Shown one piece after another: positions 20,501 through 28,821 of a DNA stretch of 64,000 nt; positions within the stretch are counted from its first letter, which is position 1; each line of letters opens with the position of its first letter. Source of the DNA: a virus. The notes under the pieces were generated by a model that worked only from the letters and a program-made list of their open reading frames with translations, did not search any database and was not told the origin of the DNA. Both the position numbers and the translations under genes were made by a program. The stretch lies in the IMG/VR virus record IMGVR_UViG_3300020430_000008, positions 64,001 to 128,000 of that record; one strand, written 5' to 3'.

Positions 20501-21787
20501 CGATACTTCCCCATCTTCACCGTCTACTGTTGTAACAGTATATTCTGCAGATGGCATCCATGGGTTTGAAAATCCAAGCTGTAGACTGTTTGCCAATGCT
20601 GCCTTCTTCATTTGGCTTGTGACGTACTTAGCTTGTCGGGCGTACTTGTCTTTGTTACCGGGAGACAGATAGCCCCACGATGGAGTCATGACCATGCCCT
20701 TACACGGCAAGTCAGTTGCCACCTCTGTCATGTACTCAACAAACTTAGATGCTTTGCCGGGGTAGGGTGTACCTGAAATATACACGTTGATGCCACCCAT
20801 GGCGAACATGCGCGCATAATCTTTTAATTTGTTACGATTGGCAAACCTTGTTTTGCCAGAACTTTGATGTATCGCCTCAAGAACTACATACCCCATGTCA
20901 GCCCACAGAGCGCGTGTCAGGGCAACCAACGGAGTTGGCATGTTTCTGCTTGTCAGCGATGTTCTGCTAATAAAAATACCCTTCATGTCCATAGGACTAC
21001 CACAAGTTGTGATCTCGCCATGAGGATCACGACCGGGACACAAAGGTTGTGTTACGTTGATGCCAGAAAGGAACTCCATCATGCAGTCAAAATCACAATC
21101 GGCTGGCAAGCCAAACGGATTGACTGGTCCAGCGGAAACTGCTTCTCCGCCCATTGCATCGCCTGATGCTCCAGCAGCGGTCTGCGGCACATCTGTGGGG
21201 AACTGTTCTTGCGGCGGGCAAGAGCCTCCAAGTTTAACAGGATTGTTTTCGCGGGTCACAACATTCTTAATAATCAGCCCGCCGCCTGCTGCATCGCCAC
21301 CACCGCTAGCATCGTCTGCGTTGACGCTTACGATAACGACATCTCCACACTCAGGCATCTCGATATCTTGAGATGAAGCATAGAATGTTGGGTGCATATT
21401 GATGTAAAACTGGTGTATGCCAGATGTACCGTCGCATCCATATTTGTCAGGCTCGGGAATTCCTGCATGTAGTGCGGGAATACGCGCCTTGATTTTAATT
21501 GTCTCGGGCATGGCGACACCAAGAATGTCATCATACCATGCAGTCATCCAGCTAGAGCCGGCTGCAGCCATCAGGTTAACTTTGTCAACTCGCAGTACAA
21601 TAGCAGCATAGTTGCCGCCCATTGCCTTCTTGGGGATCGCAGCTTCTTTAGCTTGCCCCATGAGTTGTCCCATCGCAGATGTGCGATAGCGACTATTAAC
21701 ACCGGGAGTCTTCTTCGGAGAACTGGGCTTTTTATTACCGCCGAGTTTACCCCAGCCTAAATCCTTGAACGGACCCTTTCTTGCCAT
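17519..21787 (-). CDS. Tail-associated lysin / gp5-like hub with Amidase_2 and M23 peptidase domains
   Basis: N-terminal IKARIP...P.CGDVVIV (gp5 OB-fold-like); amidase motifs HIVIHTT, STHYGI, SIEI, FGHDE, KSDPG; M23 motifs HPGID, YMHL, STGVHLH. Confidence 0.85.
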   Translation of the reverse strand: MARKGPFKDLGWGKLGGNKKPSSPKKTPGVNSRYRTSAMGQLMGQAKEAAIPKKAMGGNYAAIVLRVDKVNLMAAAGSSWMTAWYDDILGVAMPETIKIKARIPALHAGIPEPDKYGCDGTSGIHQFYINMHPTFYASSQDIEMPECGDVVIVSVNADDASGGGDAAGGGLIIKNVVTRENNPVKLGGSCPPQEQFPTDVPQTAAGASGDAMGGEAVSAGPVNPFGLPADCDFDCMMEFLSGINVTQPLCPGRDPHGEITTCGSPMDMKGIFISRTSLTSRNMPTPLVALTRALWADMGYVVLEAIHQSSGKTRFANRNKLKDYARMFAMGGINVYISGTPYPGKASKFVEYMTEVATDLPCKGMVMTPSWGYLSPGNKDKYARQAKYVTSQMKKAALANSLQLGFSNPWMPSAEYTVTTVDGEDGEVSIRYKDSFPYYCFSDVDWSIAQILSTSGMSVIKVNESTGEVKIVSQKGSEALKQEDFVQVLNDYMNVGFKFIIPAFGVMGSGWEDYQITSEKPPFRMKEELDFLGAIEEPAVIGEVRDEETDPAHLPSPGPGNPGLDVKDWATGYFGSIIECSDEEIGVDRRCELPPDPVVVEDPPPVEATPPTIETELVEVPVMEWSDGWADYTIDTSNVITYTSPTSGDVVSVYEGNTSSVYPDGCPGDCYDAIIALRPESTFVEQEVEVIDEILDTVADVADEVTSQIFPTFPKPNPPIKAQVAWSVMWWDWLNAEENVPCWKSTRWEMIKNFHRYSPIAYERQQEGGAINPGNFEHFSAEIRLAMEAIQAYNRIAETNPAMHKISLEQYMMAIQQAQSMSTFADGSDMESYGQAASSVAQSAATELGYDGEGSASGDGTDMDSGLEDEIADADAYYGSDRGRVIGGVLSEAECRQEGGVWEGNIIKKCYEQATESGTASGAGSLDAYPAFGYINFSSPITGGNQGGWFPAVSSAFRTSSRSPATIDHIVIHTTAGASQLAGGEVFCRTGAGVSTHYGINTGGFVYQFVKESDVAFGNGGALSNASPPSSQGGRRNLAGGTDKYVNNSNGTGISIEITGIPKEEAEQPGKWYTQVMYENLAFLVANICKRNQIAVDRTHIFGHDEMTMRKSDPGTLLQNPHPQGISYPYGGIASDGSNKGPSGGEAFPGARFQINSYSPNAAGNETFDWEKFMGLVNGFFSGAGVPTPPSTALAVGSASVAPGSAAASANAPEQCAPGGGGAGGGGGAGSAGGAPLTAAQVAALGEFQGDWPSGGSPAISSDFGPRPPPGGFGSSNHPGIDTISLDPVSSGNPGTIPIFSIANGVVSSINPSSVSGGKIVNVKHDDGMTSQYMHLHTIQVTSGQRVSAGDVVGTMGTTGKSTGVHLHYSLWTGDAYNSSKVDPFSALGLECNAKAKGHSRYGRLCAAGNQNMTPGGPYTGG

Positions 21788-21791
21788 ATCA

Positions 21792-22088
21792 TTAAGACTC
21801 CTTGATCAGATCATAAAGCTGATCCTTGTCTGAATCAGAAAGCGAGATGCCGCCGTCTGCAGACTCTTTCTTTAGAAGAAGACCGGAAATCTTAACTAGT
21901 TGTTCGTTGGAGCGTTGGAGTGTTTCGACATACTTTGCAGCGGTCATGCCAACTTCGCGGTGAGTCGAGTCACCCTTCGCAAGAAACTGAATCACATCAT
22001 CAAGAAGCTCTTTGGTCACATCACGATCTTCTCGAATGTTCTCAACTGCTTCCTTTAAATAATCATCGATTTCTTGCTTTTTGCTCAT
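21792..22088 (-). CDS. Hypothetical helical protein
   Basis: 98 aa ORF overlapping the sigma-factor stop by 4 nt. Confidence 0.6.
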   Translation of the reverse strand: MSKKQEIDDYLKEAVENIREDRDVTKELLDDVIQFLAKGDSTHREVGMTAAKYVETLQRSNEQLVKISGLLLKKESADGGISLSDSDKDQLYDLIKES

Positions 22089-22771
22089 AATTTGCCCTCA
22101 TTCCAATCTTTCTTAAAAGCCCTGTATTTAGCCCTCATTTTGTTGAGGTTGTTTACAATCTGCTTCGTATTAAGACCGGTGATCTCTCTAATGTATAAGT
22201 AAATAGCTTTCTTGTTAAAAATTTCAATTGAATCAGGGTGCTCAAGAAGCAGCTTTATAGCCTCCAAAACCTTTTGCTCGTTAGGCTTAAGGTTTCCCGT
22301 ATCCCATGATTCCATTTCTTTCCAAAGTTGAGTCCAAAATTCTTTCTCTACGCGGTTAGCATAATATCCATGATCAACAATCAGCTTTTCATCAAGCACT
22401 GGCTTGATCATGATATCTTCGATTGGGATCTCAGTTCTCTTTGCTTTTGAGTTTTTCTTGACCTTGGCGATGAACCAGTTTTTAGTGATCACTGAAAAGT
22501 ACGAGAAGGCTTTAGAACCTTTGCTTGGATTATACTTTTGAATAACCGTAGTGAGCCAGATCTTACACTCATCTCGCAACGAGTCGATGTTTGGCAGTGT
22601 AGTAAAGCGATAAGTAAAAACAATCTTGTCAACCATCTCGCTGAACACTGGTCCAATCAATGTAGAGTACAAATGCTCTCTTTCTTCTAAGTTTGTGCTA
22701 TTGTTGTAATCAATGATAGCCTGTTCATGCACCTTGGTAAAATATGATGTCTTTCTACGCCTCTTCGCCAT
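22085..22771 (-). CDS. Phage late-transcription sigma factor (T4 gp55-like)
   Basis: Sigma region-2-like KYNPSKGSKAFSYFSVITKN, resembling gp55-type F.YF....N; immediately upstream of the structural genes. Confidence 0.75.
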   Translation of the reverse strand: MAKRRRKTSYFTKVHEQAIIDYNNSTNLEEREHLYSTLIGPVFSEMVDKIVFTYRFTTLPNIDSLRDECKIWLTTVIQKYNPSKGSKAFSYFSVITKNWFIAKVKKNSKAKRTEIPIEDIMIKPVLDEKLIVDHGYYANRVEKEFWTQLWKEMESWDTGNLKPNEQKVLEAIKLLLEHPDSIEIFNKKAIYLYIREITGLNTKQIVNNLNKMRAKYRAFKKDWNEGKL

Positions 22772-23099
22772 CTACGGCTTCTCCTTCTTCATCAGCTTCT
22801 GCTCCTAAATTCTCATATCCCTCAGCAACTTTATAAATGTCATCAAACTCAGAAAGCATTTGCACAACAAGTTCAGAATGTTGCAGCAAACCTTGCAAAG
22901 TTTGATCCCCATAGAAGGTTTCCATGGAGTGGACCGCCTCAAGGTGTTCTGAAAATCTCAGCATTACCTCGTTGACTTCTCCTAAGTTGTTTGAAACAAA
23001 AAACAGTTTCGTTAATAAATTTCTAATGAACCAAAAAGCGACTGCATTAAGTGCAACAGAAATCACGAGTAAGGTTATTAATATTTGTACTGTTGTCAT
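22755..23099 (-). CDS. Hypothetical membrane-anchored protein
   Basis: N-terminal hydrophobic helix, acidic tail; overlaps neighbours. Confidence 0.6.
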   Translation of the reverse strand: MTTVQILITLLVISVALNAVAFWFIRNLLTKLFFVSNNLGEVNEVMLRFSEHLEAVHSMETFYGDQTLQGLLQHSELVVQMLSEFDDIYKVAEGYENLGAEADEEGEAVDGEEA

Positions 23100-23368
23100 T
23101 TACTTTCCTCGTAATCAGCAGTTTGCAGATCAGACTTTTCTCTATTCAGTTCTTCTCTTGCCTCCCTGATGTGCTGCTCGACAAGCGCACCAACCTTGTT
23201 TCCCGTGGGGGCAGGGGAAGCGTTGGTCTTGATGAATGTCATTGCAGGTACGCGGACTAGTGTTTCTTGCTCTTCACATTTAATGCAATCAGTCAAACAC
23301 TCTTTCATCGAGTGGACTGTCTCAAACACGTCTTCGCACTGCTCGCAGCGGTAAGTGTATCTGGGCAT
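23096..23368 (-). CDS. FmdB-family zinc-ribbon protein
   Basis: MPRYTYRCEQC...CIKC signature. Confidence 0.85.
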   Translation of the reverse strand: MPRYTYRCEQCEDVFETVHSMKECLTDCIKCEEQETLVRVPAMTFIKTNASPAPTGNKVGALVEQHIREAREELNREKSDLQTADYEESK

Positions 23369-23370
23369 GT

Positions 23371-23577
23371 CTATTCCGTATCTGGAGTAGACTCCCCATC
23401 ATTTGCGCGCAGAATGGGCGGGTTGGTAACAACCAATCCATCATTGTCATCGAATACAAAATTGAATCCCTTCAATACTGGTACGATGTCGGTTTGCGTT
23501 AGCAGTGAGTTCTGTAGCGCCAGCATAACTGCTCCAAGCGCCTGATCAGATAAAGTAATATTCTTAGGTGTAGGCAT
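23371..23577 (-). CDS. Hypothetical protein
   Basis: 68 aa ORF with AGGAG SD, fills the gap. Confidence 0.6.
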   Translation of the reverse strand: MPTPKNITLSDQALGAVMLALQNSLLTQTDIVPVLKGFNFVFDDNDGLVVTNPPILRANDGESTPDTE

Positions 23578-23587
23578 TTCGATCTCC

Positions 23588-24559
23588 TTATAGTTCCTTT
23601 TCCCAACGTTGAATCATGTCATCCAGAAGAGTTTCAAAAGTATATTCTGGCTCCCATCCAAGCACTTCTCTTGCCTTGGAAGAATCGCCCTTGAGGTACT
23701 TAAGCTCTTCGGGTCGCATATACTTTGGATTCTGTACGACATAATCCTTGTAGTTCATTCCCAACTTAGTAAACACAATATCTACAAGATCTCTTACAGA
23801 ATGTGTTTGACCAGTTGCAACAATAAATTCGTCTGGCTCATGATGATTTACAATCATGTGCATAGCACGAACATAATCTTTTGAGTGACCCCAATCTCGA
23901 TACGAGTCAAGGTTACCCAACTCCAGCTTGTCTCTTAAGCCCTTCTTGATTTGCACTGCGGTCTTTACAACCTTATTAGTGACAAAGTTAGAACCGCGCC
24001 GTGGAGACTCATGGTTAAACAGAATACCGTTGCAGGCATGAAGCCCGTAGGCATGGCGGTAGTGCCTAACCAGATTGTACCCCATGACCTTGGCGCAGCC
24101 GTAAGGACTGACAGGGTTCATAGGGGTTGTGAGGCGTTGTACACCGTCTGCGTCCACTGAGTTGCCGAACATCTCGGACGAGCTAGCCTGATAGAAGCCA
24201 GCGTGAGGGCAGACAGAGCGGTACACCTCTAGCATATTCAACACACCCAAAGCATTTGTTTGGATAGTGAATGACGGCATGTCGAAACTGATTCGGACAT
24301 GACTCATTGCGCCAAGGTTATAGATCTCATCAGGTCTAACCTCAGAAACAATACGGACTAAAGATGGATAGTCCAACAAGTCTCCGTAGTGTGTAGTGAT
24401 TTGACCTTGAAGATGCTGGATACGGCTATCTTGGTTCTCCGCAACCGAAGAGCGCCGAATGATACCATGGACTTCGTAGTTGTTCTCTAACAGGTACTCA
24501 GACAGATAGCTACCGTCTTGTCCTGCGATTCCTGTGATTAGTGCTTTCTTTTTGCTCAT
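23588..24559 (-). CDS. gmd: GDP-mannose 4,6-dehydratase
   Basis: ALITGIAGQDGSYL, YNLGAMSHV, QASSSEMFG, SPYGCAK, GILFNHESPRRG, RDWGH. Confidence 0.97.
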   Translation of the reverse strand: MSKKKALITGIAGQDGSYLSEYLLENNYEVHGIIRRSSVAENQDSRIQHLQGQITTHYGDLLDYPSLVRIVSEVRPDEIYNLGAMSHVRISFDMPSFTIQTNALGVLNMLEVYRSVCPHAGFYQASSSEMFGNSVDADGVQRLTTPMNPVSPYGCAKVMGYNLVRHYRHAYGLHACNGILFNHESPRRGSNFVTNKVVKTAVQIKKGLRDKLELGNLDSYRDWGHSKDYVRAMHMIVNHHEPDEFIVATGQTHSVRDLVDIVFTKLGMNYKDYVVQNPKYMRPEELKYLKGDSSKAREVLGWEPEYTFETLLDDMIQRWEKEL

Positions 24560-25203
24560 TTAAGTTCCTTGTAATATCCACCAACTGTGAATGAAGTTCC
24601 GCGAGTAGCAGACTTCTTCGCCTTTGATGGGTCGTATTTGCTAAGTGGTAAAATCCTGAAATCAAACGATACGCGGGTCTGATCCGTATCATTGATCATG
24701 TTGCCATGGCGACACTTGTTGCCATTAAAAATTGTAAACTCGCCTTGCGTCATTTCCATCGGCGCATAGTCGCCAAGACCCGGCACAGACTCTGCCCATG
24801 TTGCATTTGTGCCAAACATATCTGTCACAGCAATCTGAAAGTTAATCTCCCACTCGGGATGATTGTATACGGGCTGTGAATCATAATGAAACTCTGGCAC
24901 TACCCAGTTGCCTACAAGGTGTACCCTAAATGTAGGTAGCGCTTGGTAGATGAAATCTCTGCTTCCAAAGATGGGCGCAACAATGTCAGAAACAAAACGG
25001 TCATATGTGTCAGTGAAGTCTTGCCACCCGCCACGAAGTTTATTATAAAAGCGATCATGCAACTCAGTATTAGAATTGTTGTCCATGGTAAACGGCTCAT
25101 AAACATACTGCTCATGAAGCTTTTCTAAATCGCTATGACCAAGCGCTTGCTCAACTAACTCACGAAAATCATAAGAATGAGCATCGTACTTCTCTACTCT
25201 CAC
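24556..25203 (-). CDS. StrG-like 2OG-Fe(II) oxygenase superfamily protein
   Basis: PTFRV, HYD (HxD), HGN..N.T..TRVSFDFR. Confidence 0.7.
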   Translation of the reverse strand: MRVEKYDAHSYDFRELVEQALGHSDLEKLHEQYVYEPFTMDNNSNTELHDRFYNKLRGGWQDFTDTYDRFVSDIVAPIFGSRDFIYQALPTFRVHLVGNWVVPEFHYDSQPVYNHPEWEINFQIAVTDMFGTNATWAESVPGLGDYAPMEMTQGEFTIFNGNKCRHGNMINDTDQTRVSFDFRILPLSKYDPSKAKKSATRGTSFTVGGYYKELK

Positions 25204-25622
25204 TCAGGTTCCTCAATATAGGTCTTGTCTTTCTCAACACCGAAGTAGGGTCCAGTCTTGAACTCGTACAGTACAGTGTCGTCCTCAAGAACCTCAAAAC
25301 TGTGTCCACCGCGAAATACAATTGCTGCATCTCCTGCGCCTAGCTCTGTTTCGTAAATCAGTCTGTCGTCAATGTCCCAGAAACGCGCAGCCACACGACC
25401 ACTGAGAAACACCCACGCTTCCTGAGTAATGTCAGTGGTCCTCACAAGTTCATTGTGTCTGTGTGGAGCGAACGTAGTGCCCTTTGTAAGCTTCTTGGTC
25501 GCGCACTGCAGGTATTGATCGTCAGGACTAAGATCAGCGCGGTTGGTGCCAATCTCATTAGCTCTGTTAATGACCAGAAGCATAACGCTCGGGTCTACTG
25601 CAGAATAAACATGCGTCATCAT
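25200..25622 (-). CDS. Cupin, WbuC-like sugar-modifying protein
   Basis: HRHN...QE...GGHSFEVLED...EFKTGPY. Confidence 0.75.
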   Translation of the reverse strand: MMTHVYSAVDPSVMLLVINRANEIGTNRADLSPDDQYLQCATKKLTKGTTFAPHRHNELVRTTDITQEAWVFLSGRVAARFWDIDDRLIYETELGAGDAAIVFRGGHSFEVLEDDTVLYEFKTGPYFGVEKDKTYIEEPE

Positions 25623-26740
25623 TTTCTCCTGTAAAACTCTTTAATCACATCGCAAACATAATGAATCTGGTCTTGAGTCAATGCTGCGAATGAAGGCAAG
25701 CAAACACCATGGTCATAAGCATGCTCAGACACGTCAAAGTGTTCGCGGTTATGTCGAGGATCGTCAGCCCAAATGTCAAAGCATGGCTGCAAATGCAGCG
25801 GATAGAAAAAAGATCTTGGCTCAACGCCGTTCATCTTCATGAAACCCATCAAGTTTCTGCTGGGGTCTGACTTCTGTGTAGTTCTGAGTACTACGCGAAA
25901 CGGAACGTAAGGCTCTACGTTTTCCGCAGGACTAAGTAGCTCAATCTCTTCAACATCAGCCAACGCTTCCTTATAAAGATTATAATTTGTCTGCTTTTTT
26001 TGCACAATCTCTGGCAACTTCTTCAACTGTGCCAGCCCGATTGCTGCTTGAATATCATTGATTCTAAAGTTGTAACCAATCGCTGGGTGTGTGAATGTTC
26101 CTCGATGCAGCCGACCTTGGTTTCTCAAAAGCAGAAGCTTGTTATATACCTCTTCATCATCAGTAGTGACAAACCCACCTTCACATGTAGTTAGAGTCTT
26201 ATCAGCAAAGAAAGAGAACGAACCAGTAGTACCAAAGCTGCCGCAACCCTTGCCATCCCAGTTGATGCTAAGAGCTTGTGCGGCATCCTCGATAACCATA
26301 AGGTCATGCTCTTTGGCATACGCCATGATCTCGGTCATGTTAGCGGCAAAGCCAAAGATGTGTACGGGCATAATAGCCCTTGTCTTGTCGGTGCGTACAC
26401 GCTCACATTCATCAATCTTCATTTGTAAGTCGTGACATCCAACGTCAGCAAATACGGGGCGGGCACCGACCATTTCGACGGCGTTAGCGGAGGCAATAAA
26501 TGTGAAATCTGGCACAATGACTTCATCGCCGGGACCAATGCCCATCGCCCGTAAAGCGAGATAAAGCGACAAAGTGCCGTTTGGAGCGAAAACACCGTAT
26601 TTACTTCCAATTATTTCTAGCAATTTATCGCTAAACTCTGCTGCCTTCGGACCTTCTGTAATCCAGTTGTCCTCAAAACAGCTTCTAATAGCTTCATATT
26701 CTTCCATACCAACGTATGGCATAAACTGTGGTACTCTCAT
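25619..26740 (-). CDS. DegT/DnrJ/EryC1/StrS aminotransferase (perosamine synthase-like)
   Basis: NGT.SL, GDEVIVP.FTFIAS, IEDAAQ, FSFFADK (PLP Lys), EGG, GYNFR; in the gmd cluster. Confidence 0.93.
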   Translation of the reverse strand: MRVPQFMPYVGMEEYEAIRSCFEDNWITEGPKAAEFSDKLLEIIGSKYGVFAPNGTLSLYLALRAMGIGPGDEVIVPDFTFIASANAVEMVGARPVFADVGCHDLQMKIDECERVRTDKTRAIMPVHIFGFAANMTEIMAYAKEHDLMVIEDAAQALSINWDGKGCGSFGTTGSFSFFADKTLTTCEGGFVTTDDEEVYNKLLLLRNQGRLHRGTFTHPAIGYNFRINDIQAAIGLAQLKKLPEIVQKKQTNYNLYKEALADVEEIELLSPAENVEPYVPFRVVLRTTQKSDPSRNLMGFMKMNGVEPRSFFYPLHLQPCFDIWADDPRHNREHFDVSEHAYDHGVCLPSFAALTQDQIHYVCDVIKEFYRRK

Positions 26741-27201
26741 GTGCCGAACTCGTATCTATAGTTTGAAACAAAATCGCTGCAAACACCAAAGCAGCGCGAT
26801 AACTCTACTTTAGAGTATAACACGTTTTCTGGCATAACGCAAATAGTTTTCTCATTTAATGCGCTGCCGGGGTAAGCCCAGATGTGACCTGCAGAGGTTA
26901 ATGTATAATCATCCTCTTGGTGCCAGAAGACTGTAAAGTCTTTTTGACCAACAAAATAGGAGTATGTAGCCAAGTCTTTTGCATGAATAAATAAACGGTC
27001 TTTTCTCTCTTCAAACCATTCAATCGGCAACTTGTGTTCGCCATAGTCGTGACCCATGATGAACTCTCCAAGCATATTGCCATTTCTAACGTCTATTTCG
27101 GCGTAGAAGCCTTCTGACAGGGCTTTGTCGATGTACTCGGGGCTATTCTCCAGTTCCGGCTTAGGACCGTCTGTATTGCCTCTGTGTGCGATATAAATCA
27201 T
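26737..27201 (-). CDS. PLC-like/GDPD-like phosphodiesterase
   Basis: Start reassigned to ATG 27201 (MIYIAHRGN); EN, EIDV, GHD, IHAK, FWHQED, GVCSD motifs. Confidence 0.75.
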   Translation of the reverse strand: MIYIAHRGNTDGPKPELENSPEYIDKALSEGFYAEIDVRNGNMLGEFIMGHDYGEHKLPIEWFEERKDRLFIHAKDLATYSYFVGQKDFTVFWHQEDDYTLTSAGHIWAYPGSALNEKTICVMPENVLYSKVELSRCFGVCSDFVSNYRYEFGT

Positions 27202-27202
27202 A

Positions 27203-27457
27203 TTACCTCTGTGGTAGGACAAATAGGTCAGGGTTGTAGCTTTCGGGTGGCAAACACTCGCAACTTGTAGCGGTGACCTCTTTAATACCCCGTGACGAAC
27301 ATGCAGCTTCGCATTCTTGAATAGTTTTTGCGTCGATGGTACAAGTAGAGAATAACATACCTGCAGCAATTGTTAAACAAATAAATGCTATTGACTTGCC
27401 AATAGCGTTAGCGACAGTCTGAATGAGCATTTTATCTTCGGGATGAGGCTCACTCAT
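27203..27457 (-). CDS. Small membrane protein with Cys-rich C-terminal part
   Basis: One hydrophobic helix followed by several Cys. Confidence 0.55.
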   Translation of the reverse strand: MSEPHPEDKMLIQTVANAIGKSIAFICLTIAAGMLFSTCTIDAKTIQECEAACSSRGIKEVTATSCECLPPESYNPDLFVLPQR

Positions 27458-28191
27458 TGAGTCAAGCCCCCGTGCAGACGGCGCACAAGTTGAAAATCTT
27501 CAATCTCCCAAAAATGAAACTTAAATTGGTCAAGCATGTTTTCCTTCTCGATGTGATATGGAATGACATCATGATTTGACATGCGACAGTTACCAACATA
27601 AATATATTCAGGCACTTTGCGAACAATCTCTCTTGTGCGATCCATAACTTCCGAGCCACCGAAGAGCCAGTATTCCAATACGCCCTCGACAGGCATGCCC
27701 TTATCGTTAAAAGTGTCAAAGATGGTGCCTTTCTCATGACGACCGCACCAAATAGAATCGCGATCAAACTGGCTAAAGTCCAATGGTCGTAACCATGCAA
27801 CGTCAAACCTGCTAGTCATGACGTAATCGTACTTGAAGCCGTGCTCCTTCTCGTAGTCACTCTTGAGGCGCAACACTTTATCATTAGAATACCATCGACT
27901 CATAATAGAATGAAAGTGACGCGGAACATCAGAATGCACCTTCTTATTGAATTTATTCGCCAAAGAATCAAAGTCAATCTGTTTCTGCACCATGTACTTC
28001 TTGGGATCATAAAATTCTACCAGTTCTTCCTCAGCCTCAGTGCTCCATGTGTGAAAAAACACATCGACGTTTTGACTAGGAAGGTTAATAATATTCTCCT
28101 TGAAGTGCGGCACAGCCAATTGCCAATCGACGGGAAAGCCCTTATCGTTCTTCCCACCAGCTAGTCCGTTGAAACACAATGCTATTCTCAT
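27454..28191 (-). CDS. Putative glycosyltransferase-like protein
   Basis: RIALCFNG, VFFHTWS, YDYVMTSRFD pattern; within glycan cluster. Confidence 0.55.
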   Translation of the reverse strand: MRIALCFNGLAGGKNDKGFPVDWQLAVPHFKENIINLPSQNVDVFFHTWSTEAEEELVEFYDPKKYMVQKQIDFDSLANKFNKKVHSDVPRHFHSIMSRWYSNDKVLRLKSDYEKEHGFKYDYVMTSRFDVAWLRPLDFSQFDRDSIWCGRHEKGTIFDTFNDKGMPVEGVLEYWLFGGSEVMDRTREIVRKVPEYIYVGNCRMSNHDVIPYHIEKENMLDQFKFHFWEIEDFQLVRRLHGGLTQ

Positions 28192-28820
28192 CCTGCCCTC
28201 CTAATCAAGTCTGCAACCAAACCATAGTTTACGTCTTGCCATCTCTTCACCTCATGCACAGAAGCGCCAGTTGCACGCGCTGCTTCCAAGCCGACCGCTG
28301 AGTCTTCAAAAATAATACACTCTTCTAAATCACAACCAATGCGCGCCAACTGCATCAAAGCGCGGATATACGGCTCGGGGTGTGGCTTGGGGTTGACAAC
28401 ATCGCTATTGGTCACAAGCACGTCAAGATACTTCATGAAGTCCAGATGATCCAACAACATCCTTGTAGACTCGCCGTTTGCATTTGTGACGATGGCAATT
28501 TTCTTGCCGGCAGAAACAAGAGAGTCAAACATTTGTCGCTTGTCAAAATAGTGTTGCGGATTCATTTGCAACATCAGTTCGTTGGCAACGCGCTTTTTCT
28601 CTTCGTAAATGCTCTCGACCTGATCCATCGAGATGTGACCCTTATCGCAAAACTTGATAAGCTTAGCCTTGGTAGTGATAGTAGAATGCACAATGTCCAA
28701 GTCGCTAGGATGCCTAACGTCGAAACCAAAGCGCCCAAGCGCACGTACAACAGAACGCACTTGGATGTCTGTGGTGTCTACAAGAACGCCGTCAAAGTCG
28801 AAGATGAAAGCCTTGTACAT
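28188..28820 (-). CDS. HAD-family phosphatase (beta-PGM-like)
   Basis: Start at ATG 28820 after GGAG; FDFDGVL, VTN, KPHPEPY, FEDS..G. Confidence 0.9.
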   Translation of the reverse strand: MYKAFIFDFDGVLVDTTDIQVRSVVRALGRFGFDVRHPSDLDIVHSTITTKAKLIKFCDKGHISMDQVESIYEEKKRVANELMLQMNPQHYFDKRQMFDSLVSAGKKIAIVTNANGESTRMLLDHLDFMKYLDVLVTNSDVVNPKPHPEPYIRALMQLARIGCDLEECIIFEDSAVGLEAARATGASVHEVKRWQDVNYGLVADLIRRAG

Positions 28821-28821
28821 G

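Noticed and set aside
7948-21611. Long plus-strand ORFs (e.g. 11938-13071, 19331-20047)
   Set aside because: Antisense to convincing genes, no recognisable motifs; explained by codon bias.
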